64,000 bases of DNA from an uncultured delta proteobacterium. Lineage in GTDB: Bacteria; Desulfobacterota; Binatia; DP-6. A program made the translations under genes and the position numbers. Shown piece after piece: positions 27,995 to 38,355 of this stretch (its first letter is position 1; each line of letters begins with the position of its first letter). The DNA is taken from positions 96,001-160,000 of the forward strand of contig CAWFFN010000009.1 in the NCBI GenBank assembly GCA_963815115.1, in the 5' to 3' direction. Under the pieces are notes generated by a model that searched no databases, was not told where the DNA came from, and worked only from the letters and a program-made list of their open reading frames with translations.

Positions 27995-29551
27995 ATGAGC
28001 CCGTCCGACCTCGCACCGTCGTCCACTCGCTATGCGCGCTACGTCCTCGGCGTCCTGGTTCTGGTCTACGTCTTCAACTTCCTCGACCGGCAGATCCTCT
28101 CCATCCTCGCCGAGCGCATCCGCGGCGACCTCGGCGTCACGGACGCCGAGCTGGGCTTCCTCTACGGCACCGCGTTCGCGATCTTCTACGCCCTCTTCGG
28201 CATCCCGCTGGGCCGCCTCGCCGACGTCTGGGACCGCCGGCGCCTGATCGCCATCGGGCTCGCCATGTGGAGCGCGATGACGGTGCTGTCGGGGCTGGCA
28301 CGCAGCTTCCCCGAGCTCGCCCTGGCGCGGATCGGCGTGGGCATCGGCGAGGCCAGTGCCGCGCCGGCCGCCTTCTCGCTCCTCTCCGACTACTTCTCGC
28401 CCGCGCGCAGGGCGACCGTGCTCGCGATCTACTCGAGCGGCATCTACCTCGGGGCGGGGCTCGGGCTCGCCGTCGGCGGCCTGGTGGTGGGCCGCTGGGA
28501 CGCCGCGTTCCCGGCCGCCGCACCCTTCGGCCTGCGCGGCTGGCAGGTCGCGTTCTTCGTCGTCGGGCTGCCCGGCGTGCTGCTCGCCCTCTGGGTCCGG
28601 ACGCTGCGCGAGCCCGTGCGCGGCGGGGCGGACGGCATCGTGGTCGCTGCCGCGCCGCCGCCATGGCCCGCGTTCTTTCACGAGCTGAGGGCGGTGATTC
28701 CGCCGCTCACGCTCGTCCACCTGGCACTCGCGGGGGCAGGCGCGCGAGGCGTCGTGCGCAACCTCGTCACCGCGGCCGGCATCGCGCTCGGCGCTGCGCT
28801 TCTCATCCATCTCCTCGGCACCCCCGCGCAGTGGATCGCGCTCGGCGTCGGGCTCTATGCGGCGCTGTCGTGGCTCCAGGCGCTGGCGTTGCGCGACCGG
28901 CCGACGCATCGCCTGCTCACCCGGACGCCGACGCTTCGCTGGGCCACGATCGGTTTCGCCCTCCTCGCCTTCGTCGGCTACGGGGTCGGCTTCTGGCTGC
29001 CGCCGTACTTCATGCGCCGGTTCGGCACGCCGCCCGGACAAACCGGGTTGATCCTCGGCCTCACCTCCGCGACGGGCGGCTGGCTCGGCACCACGCTGGG
29101 CGGTCTGTGGGCCGACAGCCGCCGGCTGCGGAAGCCGGCGGGCCGCCTTCAGGTGGGAGCCGCCTGTCCGCTACTGACGATTCCGCTCGCCGTCTGGATG
29201 CTCGGGAGCGACAGCCAGGTGCTCGCCTTCGCGCTCGTGTTTCCGCTCACGGTGTGCTCGAGCCTGTGGATCGGGCCCGGAGCGTCGACGATCCAGGATC
29301 TGGTGCTGCCCCGGATGCGGGGCTCGGCGTCGGCCGCCTATCTGCTCGTGATCACGTTCATCGGCCTGGCACTCGGGCCCTACACGGTCGGGCGGCTCAG
29401 TGTGGGTCTGGGCGACCTGCGGACCGCGCTGCTCTGTGTTCTGGTCGCCGGCGCGACCGGCAGCGCGTTGCTGCTGGTCGCGGCGCGCCACATCGCGCAC
29501 GACGAGACGTCGCGGCTCGAGCGGGCCCGTGCCGCCGGCGAGCCCGTGTGA
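27995..29551 (+). CDS. MFS transporter (spinster-like)
   Basis: FNFLDRQILSIL, GRLADVWDRR, RIGVGIGEA. Confidence 0.92.
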   Translation: MSPSDLAPSSTRYARYVLGVLVLVYVFNFLDRQILSILAERIRGDLGVTDAELGFLYGTAFAIFYALFGIPLGRLADVWDRRRLIAIGLAMWSAMTVLSGLARSFPELALARIGVGIGEASAAPAAFSLLSDYFSPARRATVLAIYSSGIYLGAGLGLAVGGLVVGRWDAAFPAAAPFGLRGWQVAFFVVGLPGVLLALWVRTLREPVRGGADGIVVAAAPPPWPAFFHELRAVIPPLTLVHLALAGAGARGVVRNLVTAAGIALGAALLIHLLGTPAQWIALGVGLYAALSWLQALALRDRPTHRLLTRTPTLRWATIGFALLAFVGYGVGFWLPPYFMRRFGTPPGQTGLILGLTSATGGWLGTTLGGLWADSRRLRKPAGRLQVGAACPLLTIPLAVWMLGSDSQVLAFALVFPLTVCSSLWIGPGASTIQDLVLPRMRGSASAAYLLVITFIGLALGPYTVGRLSVGLGDLRTALLCVLVAGATGSALLLVAARHIAHDETSRLERARAAGEPV

Positions 29552-29563
29552 CGTGAGCCGGCT

Positions 29564-29905
29564 CTACGCGAACCGGACCAGAAGGATCAGCGCGGCGATG
29601 GCCATCACCAGCCCCACGATCTCGTAGCGGCCGAGGGACTCGTGGAAGAACACGGTCCCGATGGCGGTCAGCAGCAGGATCATCGACACCGAGTACAGCA
29701 CGCCGATGGTCGCCAGCTTGAGGTGCTTCATCACGAAGACCCAGCCGAACGCCGTCGAGGCGTAGACCACGAAGCCGATGTAGAAGTGCGTCGTCCGGAG
29801 CGAGTGCTCCTCGTCGCTGGCGAGCTTCAGGAAGTAGTCGCCGAGGACGCCCAGCAGGCTGAATCCAATGGTGACGAGCACCGCGAGCGGCTTGCCGATG
29901 TCCAT
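29564..29905 (-). CDS. Small 4-TM SMR/DMT-like transporter
   Basis: 113 aa, four hydrophobic helices, GTVFFHESL motif. Confidence 0.75.
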   Translation of the reverse strand: MDIGKPLAVLVTIGFSLLGVLGDYFLKLASDEEHSLRTTHFYIGFVVYASTAFGWVFVMKHLKLATIGVLYSVSMILLLTAIGTVFFHESLGRYEIVGLVMAIAALILLVRFA

Positions 29906-30029
29906 CGTCGAGCTCCGGGGCGCCGGGGGCGCTGCGCCGCACCTTCTACGCGACGTGCGCCGACGCGTCCACGGCGCGGTAGCGTCGGACCGTTTGCCAG
30001 CTCTCCTGCGAGGTGCGAATGTCCGCGTG

Positions 30030-31259
30030 ATGCGGCCGACATCCGGAGCCGCGGCTGCGAAACGCTTCGTCGACGTCGACGAGCTGCTCACCTGCGTGCA
30101 CTGCGGGCTCTGCCAGTCCGCGTGCCCGACGTACGTCGAGCTGGGCACGGAGGCCGACTCGCCACGCGGCCGTATCCACCTCATGCGCGCGCTCGAGGAG
30201 GGGCGCCTCGAGCCGTCGCCGGAGATCGTGCGACACCTGGACCTCTGCCTCGGGTGTCGCGCCTGCGAGACCGCGTGTCCCTCGGGCGTGCGCTACGGGC
30301 GACTCATCGAGGCGGCGCGGCCGTTCGTGGAACGCCATCGTCCGCTGCCGGTGCGCGTGGCGCGCCGCCTTCTCGCCCGGGCCCTGACGGCGCCCGGGAT
30401 GCGGCGGGTGCTGTTCGCTCCGGCGCGGCTCGTCGCGGGCCGAGGCTGGACGCACCGCTGGCTGGCGTTGGCCGCCGCGGTTCCGCGCCCGACGCGGCGG
30501 GGCCGACTTCCTCGGCTGATCGAGCCCGACGGAACCGCGCGCGGGACCGCCATGCTCGTCACGGGCTGCGTCGCCGACGAGCTCTTCGGTGATACCAACC
30601 ACGCCACCGCGGCTCTCCTGCGCCGCGCCGGCGTGCGCGTGATCGTTCCGCGCCGGCAGGGCTGCTGCGGCGCGCTGCCGCTGCACCTGGGCGCCCGCGA
30701 CCGTGCTGCGGCGCTGGCGGCGGAGCTGGCGAGCGTCCTGACCGACAGCCCGGCCGACTGGGTGGTGTCGAATGCCGCGGGCTGCGGCGCCCTGCTGCGC
30801 GAGTACGACCATCTCCTGCCCGGCAACGAGGCGGCGGCGGCCGTCGCCCGGCGGGCGCGCGACGCGCTCGAGCTGCTCGCCGAGGTCGGGCTACCCTCCG
30901 CTTCCGCGGCGTTGCCTCGTACCGTCGCCGTGCACGATCCCTGTCATCTGGCGCACGGCCAGGGCGTCCGCGTGCAGGTACGGAGCCTCCTCGCCTCGAT
31001 CCCGGGAGTGCGTCTGGTCGAGCTCGAGGACTCGGACACGTGCTGCGGCAGCGCGGGGACCTACAATCTCACCGAGCCGGCGATGGCGCGCCGCCTGCTG
31101 GAGCGCAAGCTCGCCTCGGTCGCGGCCAGCGGAGCCGACGTCGTGGCGGCGGCCAACCCGGGCTGTCTCCTGCAGATGCGCGCCGGCGCCGCGTCGCGCG
31201 GGATGGCGGTCGAGATCGAGCACCCCATCGATCTGCTCGCCCGCGCGCACGGCGTTTGA
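30030..31259 (+). CDS. glcF: Glycolate oxidase Fe-S subunit
   Basis: CVHCGLCQSACP, CLGCRACETACP, two CCG motifs, HDPCHL. Confidence 0.9.
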   Translation: MRPTSGAAAAKRFVDVDELLTCVHCGLCQSACPTYVELGTEADSPRGRIHLMRALEEGRLEPSPEIVRHLDLCLGCRACETACPSGVRYGRLIEAARPFVERHRPLPVRVARRLLARALTAPGMRRVLFAPARLVAGRGWTHRWLALAAAVPRPTRRGRLPRLIEPDGTARGTAMLVTGCVADELFGDTNHATAALLRRAGVRVIVPRRQGCCGALPLHLGARDRAAALAAELASVLTDSPADWVVSNAAGCGALLREYDHLLPGNEAAAAVARRARDALELLAEVGLPSASAALPRTVAVHDPCHLAHGQGVRVQVRSLLASIPGVRLVELEDSDTCCGSAGTYNLTEPAMARRLLERKLASVAASGADVVAAANPGCLLQMRAGAASRGMAVEIEHPIDLLARAHGV

Positions 31260-31263
31260 CCGG

Positions 31264-31824
31264 CTACTCCAGCCAGGTCTCGGAGTCTGACAAGCCGAGC
31301 GCTGCCAGGTCGCGCGCCCGCAGCGGCGCGTCGCTCGCCAGCAGGAACTCGTCGAGCTGCGGCGGAGCCGCGCTGGTTCCCGCCAGCATGGCGTGAGCCT
31401 GGCCGCGGTGATGGATCTGGTGGACGAAGAGGTGCGCGAGCGTCCGGTCGACGCGCTCGCGAGGGCGGACGCCGCCGCCGCGATCGAGCACGATCTCGCC
31501 GGTGAGCGCCGCCGGCTGGAGCTCGTCGCAGAAGCGGATCAGGCGGCGGTCGCTCTCGCGCTGGGCCGCGCGGAGCTCCTCGAACGTTCCCCAGGGCGTC
31601 GCGGATTCGTCCAGATCGGGCGTGCTGGGCATCCCTTCCAGCGCGTCGAGGTAGTAACCGTCGACGAGGAGGATATGGTTCAGGGTGAGGCGCAGGGAGG
31701 GGAAGAAGCTGGTGCGCTTCGCGTCGAGCTCCTCCGGCGACAGGCCTGCGCACGCGGCGAGCAGGCGGTGATTCGACCAGGCGTTGTTGCGCGCCATGGT
31801 GCGGAAATAGCCGACCAGCGACAT
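31264..31824 (-). CDS. DinB-family protein
   Basis: NNAWSN, TLNHILLVD, HLFVHQIHHRGQ. Confidence 0.9.
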   Translation of the reverse strand: MSLVGYFRTMARNNAWSNHRLLAACAGLSPEELDAKRTSFFPSLRLTLNHILLVDGYYLDALEGMPSTPDLDESATPWGTFEELRAAQRESDRRLIRFCDELQPAALTGEIVLDRGGGVRPRERVDRTLAHLFVHQIHHRGQAHAMLAGTSAAPPQLDEFLLASDAPLRARDLAALGLSDSETWLE

Positions 31825-32011
31825 GGAGACTCCTTGCCGGCGTGAGCCGAACGCCCACGCAGTCCAAGACTCGCGGCGATGCCCGTACCGAGTCAATGCC
31901 GCTCGCGGGGTCCCGTCAAGGTGGACTGGCGCCGGCGGTGCGTGTTAGACGCGCCCTGCTCGCATTCCCACCGGGGGCCGCAGTGTTCAGAGCCGGCGGG
32001 TGGAGGCTCCG

Positions 32012-32674
32012 ATGCCGAAAGCAAGGACCACGGAGACGCTGGAAGCGCCCGCCGAGAAGATCCCGCGCTGGGATCTGCAGGTCGACTACGTGGAGACCTG
32101 CAACTGCAACTTCGGCTGCCCCTGCAACTTCAGCGGGTACCCGACCGACGGCTACTGCGAGGCCCTCGTCGCCTACCACGTCAAGAAGGGCCGCTTCGGG
32201 AAGACGCGGCTCGACGGACTCGACGTGATCTACGCCGCCGCGTGGCCGCAGGCGATTCACCAGGGTGGAGGCACGTTGCGTCTCTACATCTCCGAGGGTG
32301 CGTCCGCCGACCAGCGTGCAGCGCTCATCCGGATCTTCTCGGGAAAGGCCAGAGGCAACGGCCCCTTCGCGCTCTTCGGCGGCACGATGGCCACCGTCGA
32401 GGATCCCCTCTTCGCGCCCATCGAGGTGACCATCGACGGGCGCCGCAGCGCCTTCCGCGTTCCCGGCCACGTCGAGGTGGCGCTCACGCCGTTCACCAAC
32501 CCGGTGTCGGGCGAGGTGCAGGACATCCGCGTCAGCATGCCCAAGGGATTCATCTTCCGGACCGCGCAGGCGGCGCGGACACTGGTGATGAAGCTCTTCG
32601 GGACCGGTGCGCTCAGCTTCGATCACTCGGGACAGAACGCATTCTTTGCCCGCCTCGAGTTCGCCGGGCCGTAG
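32012..32674 (+). CDS. DUF1326-family protein
   Basis: YVETCNCNFGCPC..GYCEA; DQRAALIRIFSG. Confidence 0.88.
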   Translation: MPKARTTETLEAPAEKIPRWDLQVDYVETCNCNFGCPCNFSGYPTDGYCEALVAYHVKKGRFGKTRLDGLDVIYAAAWPQAIHQGGGTLRLYISEGASADQRAALIRIFSGKARGNGPFALFGGTMATVEDPLFAPIEVTIDGRRSAFRVPGHVEVALTPFTNPVSGEVQDIRVSMPKGFIFRTAQAARTLVMKLFGTGALSFDHSGQNAFFARLEFAGP

Positions 32675-32728
32675 AGGCACTCTCGCGCCCCGCGGCGCCC
32701 GAGACGGCGGATCGCAAAGGAGATCCCC

Positions 32729-33439
32729 ATGTTGCCCTCGCTCTTCGGTGCCTCTCTCCCTCGAGCCCTCGTCGTGGCTCTTCTCGTGCTCCTTCCGCTC
32801 GGGGTCGCCCACGCGAAGCCGAACAATGGGAACTCCGAGGTCCTCAACTGCGGCGACCCCGACAACAAGGACATCTGCCTGCAGTGCTGTACGGAGGACG
32901 ACTGTCAGTGCATGCAGAACGCCTGCCTCGACTGCTGCGTCGAGCCGCCGTGTCCCATCATCGACGTCCCGCCGACCACGGCCCTGATGTTCCCGCCGCT
33001 CCGCCTGAAGCTGACCGTGGGCAGGATCAAGCTGCAGTTCGAACGCAAGGGAAAGCTGGTCGGCGGCCAGATCCTCGTGGACGTGAAGCTCACGGAGACG
33101 TTCGCTTCGACGATTTCGAAGCGGACCATCTCGCTGAAGACGGAGCTCGGCGGCGCGAATGCCGGGATCGGTGGCCTCGCCTACCCGGTCGCCTACCTCG
33201 CGCTCGGGGCCGGTGCGCTCGACGCGTTGCATGCGCAGGCACTGGACGTCTCGTTTGCGGGCAATCCGCCTGCCCAGACGTGTCAGGTGCTCCTGGGGTC
33301 GCAGGCCTGTGCGGCTCTCGCGCAGCACCTGGCGGAAACCATCGATTCCGCTCTCGGCACGGGCGACGGCACCGAGAGGAATGCGTTCCTCTCCGCCGTT
33401 CAGACGCTCGGATATCCGCCCTGTCAGATCATTCTCTGA
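32729..33439 (+). CDS. Secreted Cys-rich hypothetical protein
   Basis: AAGGAG RBS, signal peptide ending AHA, dense Cys cluster. Confidence 0.7.
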   Translation: MLPSLFGASLPRALVVALLVLLPLGVAHAKPNNGNSEVLNCGDPDNKDICLQCCTEDDCQCMQNACLDCCVEPPCPIIDVPPTTALMFPPLRLKLTVGRIKLQFERKGKLVGGQILVDVKLTETFASTISKRTISLKTELGGANAGIGGLAYPVAYLALGAGALDALHAQALDVSFAGNPPAQTCQVLLGSQACAALAQHLAETIDSALGTGDGTERNAFLSAVQTLGYPPCQIIL

Positions 33440-33511
33440 GCCGACCTCCCGCCGCGGCGCGACGCTGGGCCGGGTCGTCGCGCCGCCGGGTCTTCACGAG
33501 GGGATCAGACC

Positions 33512-33946
33512 GTGCCTGCACCGATGACACGCGACGAACGCGAGGGGTTCCTGGCGGCGATTCACGTCGGCGTTCTGACCGTCGACGAACCCGGACGAGG
33601 CCCGCTGTCGGTCCCGGTCTGGTATCTCTACGAAGCCGGGGGCGAGATCGTGATCGTCACGCGGCCCGAGGCGCGCAAGGCGCGGCTGCTGGGAACGGGG
33701 GCACGAGCCTCCTTCTGCGTGCAGTCCGAGGACATGCCGCCGAAGTACGTGACGATCCAGGGACGCGTGGTCTCGGCGGAGCCTGCGGACGTCGAACGCG
33801 ACCTGAAGCCGATCGTCCGCCGATACCTCGGCGCCCCGGTCGGCGACGCCTACGTCGACGGCACGCGGCCGAACGGCACCAACGAGATCGTGGTTCGCAT
33901 TCACCCCGAGCGGTGGTACTCGCGCGACTTCGGCAAGTCCGGGTGA
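33512..33946 (+). CDS. Pyridoxamine 5'-phosphate oxidase (PPOX)-like split-barrel protein
   Basis: GPLSVPVWYLY, RKARLL, YVTIQG. Confidence 0.85.
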   Translation: MPAPMTRDEREGFLAAIHVGVLTVDEPGRGPLSVPVWYLYEAGGEIVIVTRPEARKARLLGTGARASFCVQSEDMPPKYVTIQGRVVSAEPADVERDLKPIVRRYLGAPVGDAYVDGTRPNGTNEIVVRIHPERWYSRDFGKSG

Positions 33947-33985
33947 GGCTGGTCGCGACCTCACGCGCCCGTGCTAGAAGGCTCC

Positions 33986-35158
33986 ATGCGACGGAGCGAC
34001 GGACGTATCCTCACCACCCACGCCGGCAGCCTGCCGCGTCCGGCGCCGTTGACCGAGGCCTTCGTCAAGCAGAGCCGCGGCGAGCCGGTGGACGCCGGCG
34101 AGCTCGCGCGGCTGGTCGAGGCGTCGACGCGCCAGGCGGTGGAGCACCAGCGGGCGGCGGGCATCGACGTCACCAACGACGGCGAGCAGTCGCGCGAGAG
34201 CTTCTTCACCTACGTGCGCCATCGCCTGAGCGGGTTCGGCGGCGAGAGCGATCGCCCGGTGATGCGCGACCTGCTGCGCTACCCGAGCTTCGTCGAGCAG
34301 AAGCTCCCCGAATTCTCGCGCCCGATGGTCAACCTGATGCGCGCTCCGAGCGCCATCGGCCCCGTACGCTACCTCGACCCGGAGGCGCCGGTCCGCGACG
34401 TGCAGCGATACCTCGACGTCGTCGCCGCGCTGCCCGACGCGCCGGTCGAGTCGTTCATGACCGCGCCGTCGCCGGGGATCGTGGCCGCGGCGATGCAGAA
34501 CGCCTACTACCCGGACCTCGCCAGCTACGTCGGCGCGCTCGGCGATGCGCTGCGCGTCGAGTACGAGGCCATCGTCGATCACGGGCTCGTCCTGCAGGTC
34601 GATGCGCCCGACCTCGCCATGGAGCGGCACACGCTCTTCGCCGACCGATCGCTCGACGAGTACCTCGCCTTCGTCGACCTGGTCATCGACGCGCTGAACG
34701 GCGCTCTCGCGCGCTGCCCGCCCGACCGCGTCCGGCTCCACGTCTGCTGGGGCAACTACGAGGGGCCGCACGACCTCGACGTGCCCCTCGAGCCGCTTCT
34801 GCCTCACCTCTATCGCGCCCGCGTCGGCGCCCTCGTGCTCTCCATGGCGAACCCGCGGCACGCGCACGAGCACCGCTGCTTCGCCCGTCACCCGCTGCCG
34901 GCGGACTGGCTGCTGGTCGCGGGCGTCATCGACACCACGACGAACTACGTCGAGCACCCCGAGGTGGTGGCCGATCGCCTGGAGCGCATCGCCGCGGCGG
35001 TGGGCAACCCCCGCCGCGTCCTCGCCGGCACCGACTGCGGCTTCGACACCGCGGCCGGGCTCGGAGACGTGGCCGAGGACGTGGTGTGGGCGAAGCTGCG
35101 TGCCATGCGCGAGGGAGCCGACCTGGCCAGCCGGCGGCTGCTGGGCGGCGGGGCGTGA
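33986..35158 (+). CDS. Cobalamin-independent methionine synthase II family protein
   Basis: TTHAGSLPRP, DGEQSR, LHVCWGNY, GTDCGF. Confidence 0.9.
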   Translation: MRRSDGRILTTHAGSLPRPAPLTEAFVKQSRGEPVDAGELARLVEASTRQAVEHQRAAGIDVTNDGEQSRESFFTYVRHRLSGFGGESDRPVMRDLLRYPSFVEQKLPEFSRPMVNLMRAPSAIGPVRYLDPEAPVRDVQRYLDVVAALPDAPVESFMTAPSPGIVAAAMQNAYYPDLASYVGALGDALRVEYEAIVDHGLVLQVDAPDLAMERHTLFADRSLDEYLAFVDLVIDALNGALARCPPDRVRLHVCWGNYEGPHDLDVPLEPLLPHLYRARVGALVLSMANPRHAHEHRCFARHPLPADWLLVAGVIDTTTNYVEHPEVVADRLERIAAAVGNPRRVLAGTDCGFDTAAGLGDVAEDVVWAKLRAMREGADLASRRLLGGGA

Positions 35159-35162
35159 CCGG

Positions 35163-38100
35163 TCAGCGGCTGGCGACGGCGCGCTCGACCGGACGCTCGG
35201 CGCGCGCCGCGGCGGCGAGCCGTTTGCGCTCCGCGGAGCGCCGCAGGATGACGTAGAACACCGGCGTCAGGAAGAGGCCGAAGAACGTGACGCCGAGCAT
35301 CCCGCTGAAGACGGTGGTGCCGAGCACCTGCCGCATCTCGGCGCCGGGGCCGGCGGCGGTCACCATCGGCACGACGCCGAGGATGAAGGCGAAGGCGGTC
35401 ATGAGGATGGGCCGCAGCCGCAGGCGACAGGCCTCGACGGCGGCGGCGAAGCGATCCTTGCCCTCCTCCTCCTGCTGCTTCGCGAACTCGACGATCAGCA
35501 CGGCGTTCTTCGCCGCGAGGCCGATCAGGGTGACGAAGCCGATCTGGGTGATCAGGTTGTTGTCGATGCCGCGCGCCCAGGCGCCGCCGAGCGCGAACGG
35601 CAGGCACACCGGCGCGATGAGGATGATCGCGAGTGCGAGCGACCAGCTCTCGTACTCGGCCGAGTGCACCAGGAACACGAACAGCACGCACAGCGGGAAG
35701 ATGAAGAGCGCGCTGTTGCCGGCGAGCTGCTCCTGGTACGCGATGTCGGTCCACGCGATGGCGAAGCCGGGCGGCAGGATGGTGGCGGCCAGGCGCTCCA
35801 TGGTGGCGATGGCGTCGCCCGAGCTGTAGCCGGGCGCGGAGTCGCCCTGCACCTCCGCGGCAGGGAACATGTTGTAGCGCACGATCCGATCGGAGCCGCT
35901 CCTCCACTGCACGTCGAGGACCGAGCCGAGCGGGACCATGCCGCCCTCGGCGTTGCGGGTCTTCAGACGCTGGATGTCGGCCGGGTCGGCCCGGAAGCCG
36001 CCCTCGGCCTGGGTCCGGACCTGGAACGTGCGCCCGAAACGATTGAAGTCGTTCACGTACGCCGAGCCGAGGTAGACCTGGAGGGCGTCGAAGACGTTGC
36101 TCAGCGGCACGTTCAGCTTTTGCGCCTTCACGCGGTCGATGTCGGCGTAGAGCTGCGGCGTGCTGGCACGGAAGGTGGTGAAGACCCCGCGCAGCGAGGG
36201 TTCCTTGTGGGCGGCGGCGACCAGCTCGTCGGTGGCTTGCTGCAGGGCCTTGAAGCCGCGTCCCGCGCGGTCCTGGACGAGCAGCTTGAAGCCGCCGGCG
36301 GTGCCGAGGCCGCGCACGGGTGGCGGGGGGATGACGAAGATCTGCGCGTCCTGGATCTCCGAGAGTCGATGCTGGAGCGTGGAGACCAGCTCGGTGGAGG
36401 TCGGGCCGTGTCGCGCCCGCTCGTCGAACGGCGCCGGCCCCACGAAGATCGCTCCCGCGTTCGACGCATTGGCGCGCGTGGCCCCCGAGAACCCGGCGAA
36501 CGCCACCGCGAACCTGATCCCCGGGGTGCCGAGGATGATCTCGCTGGCCCGGCGCACCACCGCGTCGGTGCGCTCGAGCGACGCGCCGTCGGGGAGCTGG
36601 ATCGCGGTGATCAGGTATCCCATGTCCTGCGCCGGGATGAATCCCCGCGGGACCTCGCGGAAGCCGAGCCCCGTCAGCGCGATCAGGACGGCATAGAGGG
36701 CGAGCCCGATCGCCACCCGGCGCACCAGCCATGCGACGGCGCCGGCGTAGCGCCCGCTCAGGCTGACGAAGGCGCGGTTGAAGGCGGCGAAGAAGCGCCC
36801 GAGGAGCTGGTCCCACAGGCGTTCGAACCAGTCCTTCGGGGCGTCGTGCGGCTTGAGCAGGATGGCGCACATCGCGGGGCTCAGGGTGAGCGAGTTGAAC
36901 GCCGACAGGATGGTCGACACCGCGATGGTGAGCGCGAACTGGCGGAAGAACTGTCCCGAGATGCCGGAGATGAAGGCCGTCGGGACGAACACCGCGGACA
37001 GGCCGAAGGCGATGGCGATCACCGCGGGGGTGACCTCGTCCATCGCCTTGCGGGTGGCGTCGCGTGAAGACATGCCGTCGGCGATGTGGCGCTCGACGTT
37101 CTCGACCACCACGATGGCGTCGTCGACGACGATGCCGATGGCGAGGACGAGGCCGAAGAGGGACAGCATGTTGAGCGAGAAGCCCATGGCCGCCATGACG
37201 GCGAAGGTGCCGATCAGCGACACCGGGATGGCGAGCAGCGGGATCACCGTGGCGCGCCAGTTCTGCAGGAAGACCAGCACCACGAGGATGACGAGTGCCA
37301 CGGCCTCGAAGAGCGTGTGGATGACCGCGTTGATCGACTCGCGGACGAAGACGGTGGGATTGTAGACGATGCGGTACTCGAGACCCTGCGGGAACGTCTT
37401 CGAGAGCTGGGCCATCGTGGCCTCGATGGCGTCGGCGGTGGCGAGGGCGTTCGATCCCGGGCGCTGGAGGACGGCCATCGCCACCGCGGGCTGGTTGTCG
37501 AGGTAGCTGTTGACCGTGTAGTCGCGCGCGCCCAGCTCGATGCGCGCGACGTCGCGCACGCGGGTGACGCGTCCATCGGTGCCGGTCTTCACGATGACGT
37601 CGGCGAACTGGTCCGCCTCGAGCAGCCGGCCCAGGGTGTTCACGGAGAGCTGATACGCGTTCCCCTGCGGCACCGGCGGCTGGCCGATGACGCCGGAGGC
37701 CACCTGCAGGTTCTGCTCGCGCAGCGCGTTCACCACGTCGCCCGGCGTGAGGTTCAGGTAGGCCAGGCGCTCGGGATCGAGCCAGACCCGCATGCTGTAC
37801 TCGCGCAGCCCGAACAGCGTCACGCTGCCAACCCCGTCCACCCGGGCGAGCTGATCCCGCACCTGGATGAGGGCGTAGTTGCCGATGTAGAGCTGGTCGT
37901 AGCGGTTGTCGGGCGAGATCAGGTGGACCACCATCAGGAGATCGGGGGACGACTTGATGGTGGTGACGCCGAGCCGGCGGACGTCTTCCGGCAGGCGGGG
38001 CTGGGCGATGGCGACGCGGTTCTGCACCAGGACCTGCGCCTTGTCGAGGTCGGTGCCGAGCTTGAACGTGATGGTGAGCTGCATCTGCCCGTCGGTCGTC

Positions 38101-38351
38101 GACTGCGACGACATGTAGAGCATGTCCTCGACGCCGTTGACCTCCTGCTCGATGGGCGTGGCGACGGTCTCGGCGATGACCTCGGGAGGTGCGCCGGGGT
38201 AGCTGGCGGTGACGACGATCGTGGGTGGCACGACGTCGGGGTACTGGGCAGAGGCCATCGACAGGTAGGCGATGACGCCCACGATGATGGTCACGATCGA
38301 GATGACCGCGGCGAAGATCGGACGGTCGATGAAGAAGCGCGAGATGTTCAT
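35163..38351 (-). CDS. RND efflux permease (HAE1, MexF-like)
   Basis: FFIDRPIFA, GIVVDDAIVVVENVER, AKNAVLIVEFA, RLRPILMT. Confidence 0.96.
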   Translation of the reverse strand: MNISRFFIDRPIFAAVISIVTIIVGVIAYLSMASAQYPDVVPPTIVVTASYPGAPPEVIAETVATPIEQEVNGVEDMLYMSSQSTTDGQMQLTITFKLGTDLDKAQVLVQNRVAIAQPRLPEDVRRLGVTTIKSSPDLLMVVHLISPDNRYDQLYIGNYALIQVRDQLARVDGVGSVTLFGLREYSMRVWLDPERLAYLNLTPGDVVNALREQNLQVASGVIGQPPVPQGNAYQLSVNTLGRLLEADQFADVIVKTGTDGRVTRVRDVARIELGARDYTVNSYLDNQPAVAMAVLQRPGSNALATADAIEATMAQLSKTFPQGLEYRIVYNPTVFVRESINAVIHTLFEAVALVILVVLVFLQNWRATVIPLLAIPVSLIGTFAVMAAMGFSLNMLSLFGLVLAIGIVVDDAIVVVENVERHIADGMSSRDATRKAMDEVTPAVIAIAFGLSAVFVPTAFISGISGQFFRQFALTIAVSTILSAFNSLTLSPAMCAILLKPHDAPKDWFERLWDQLLGRFFAAFNRAFVSLSGRYAGAVAWLVRRVAIGLALYAVLIALTGLGFREVPRGFIPAQDMGYLITAIQLPDGASLERTDAVVRRASEIILGTPGIRFAVAFAGFSGATRANASNAGAIFVGPAPFDERARHGPTSTELVSTLQHRLSEIQDAQIFVIPPPPVRGLGTAGGFKLLVQDRAGRGFKALQQATDELVAAAHKEPSLRGVFTTFRASTPQLYADIDRVKAQKLNVPLSNVFDALQVYLGSAYVNDFNRFGRTFQVRTQAEGGFRADPADIQRLKTRNAEGGMVPLGSVLDVQWRSGSDRIVRYNMFPAAEVQGDSAPGYSSGDAIATMERLAATILPPGFAIAWTDIAYQEQLAGNSALFIFPLCVLFVFLVHSAEYESWSLALAIILIAPVCLPFALGGAWARGIDNNLITQIGFVTLIGLAAKNAVLIVEFAKQQEEEGKDRFAAAVEACRLRLRPILMTAFAFILGVVPMVTAAGPGAEMRQVLGTTVFSGMLGVTFFGLFLTPVFYVILRRSAERKRLAAAARAERPVERAVASR

Positions 38352-38355
38352 CGCG

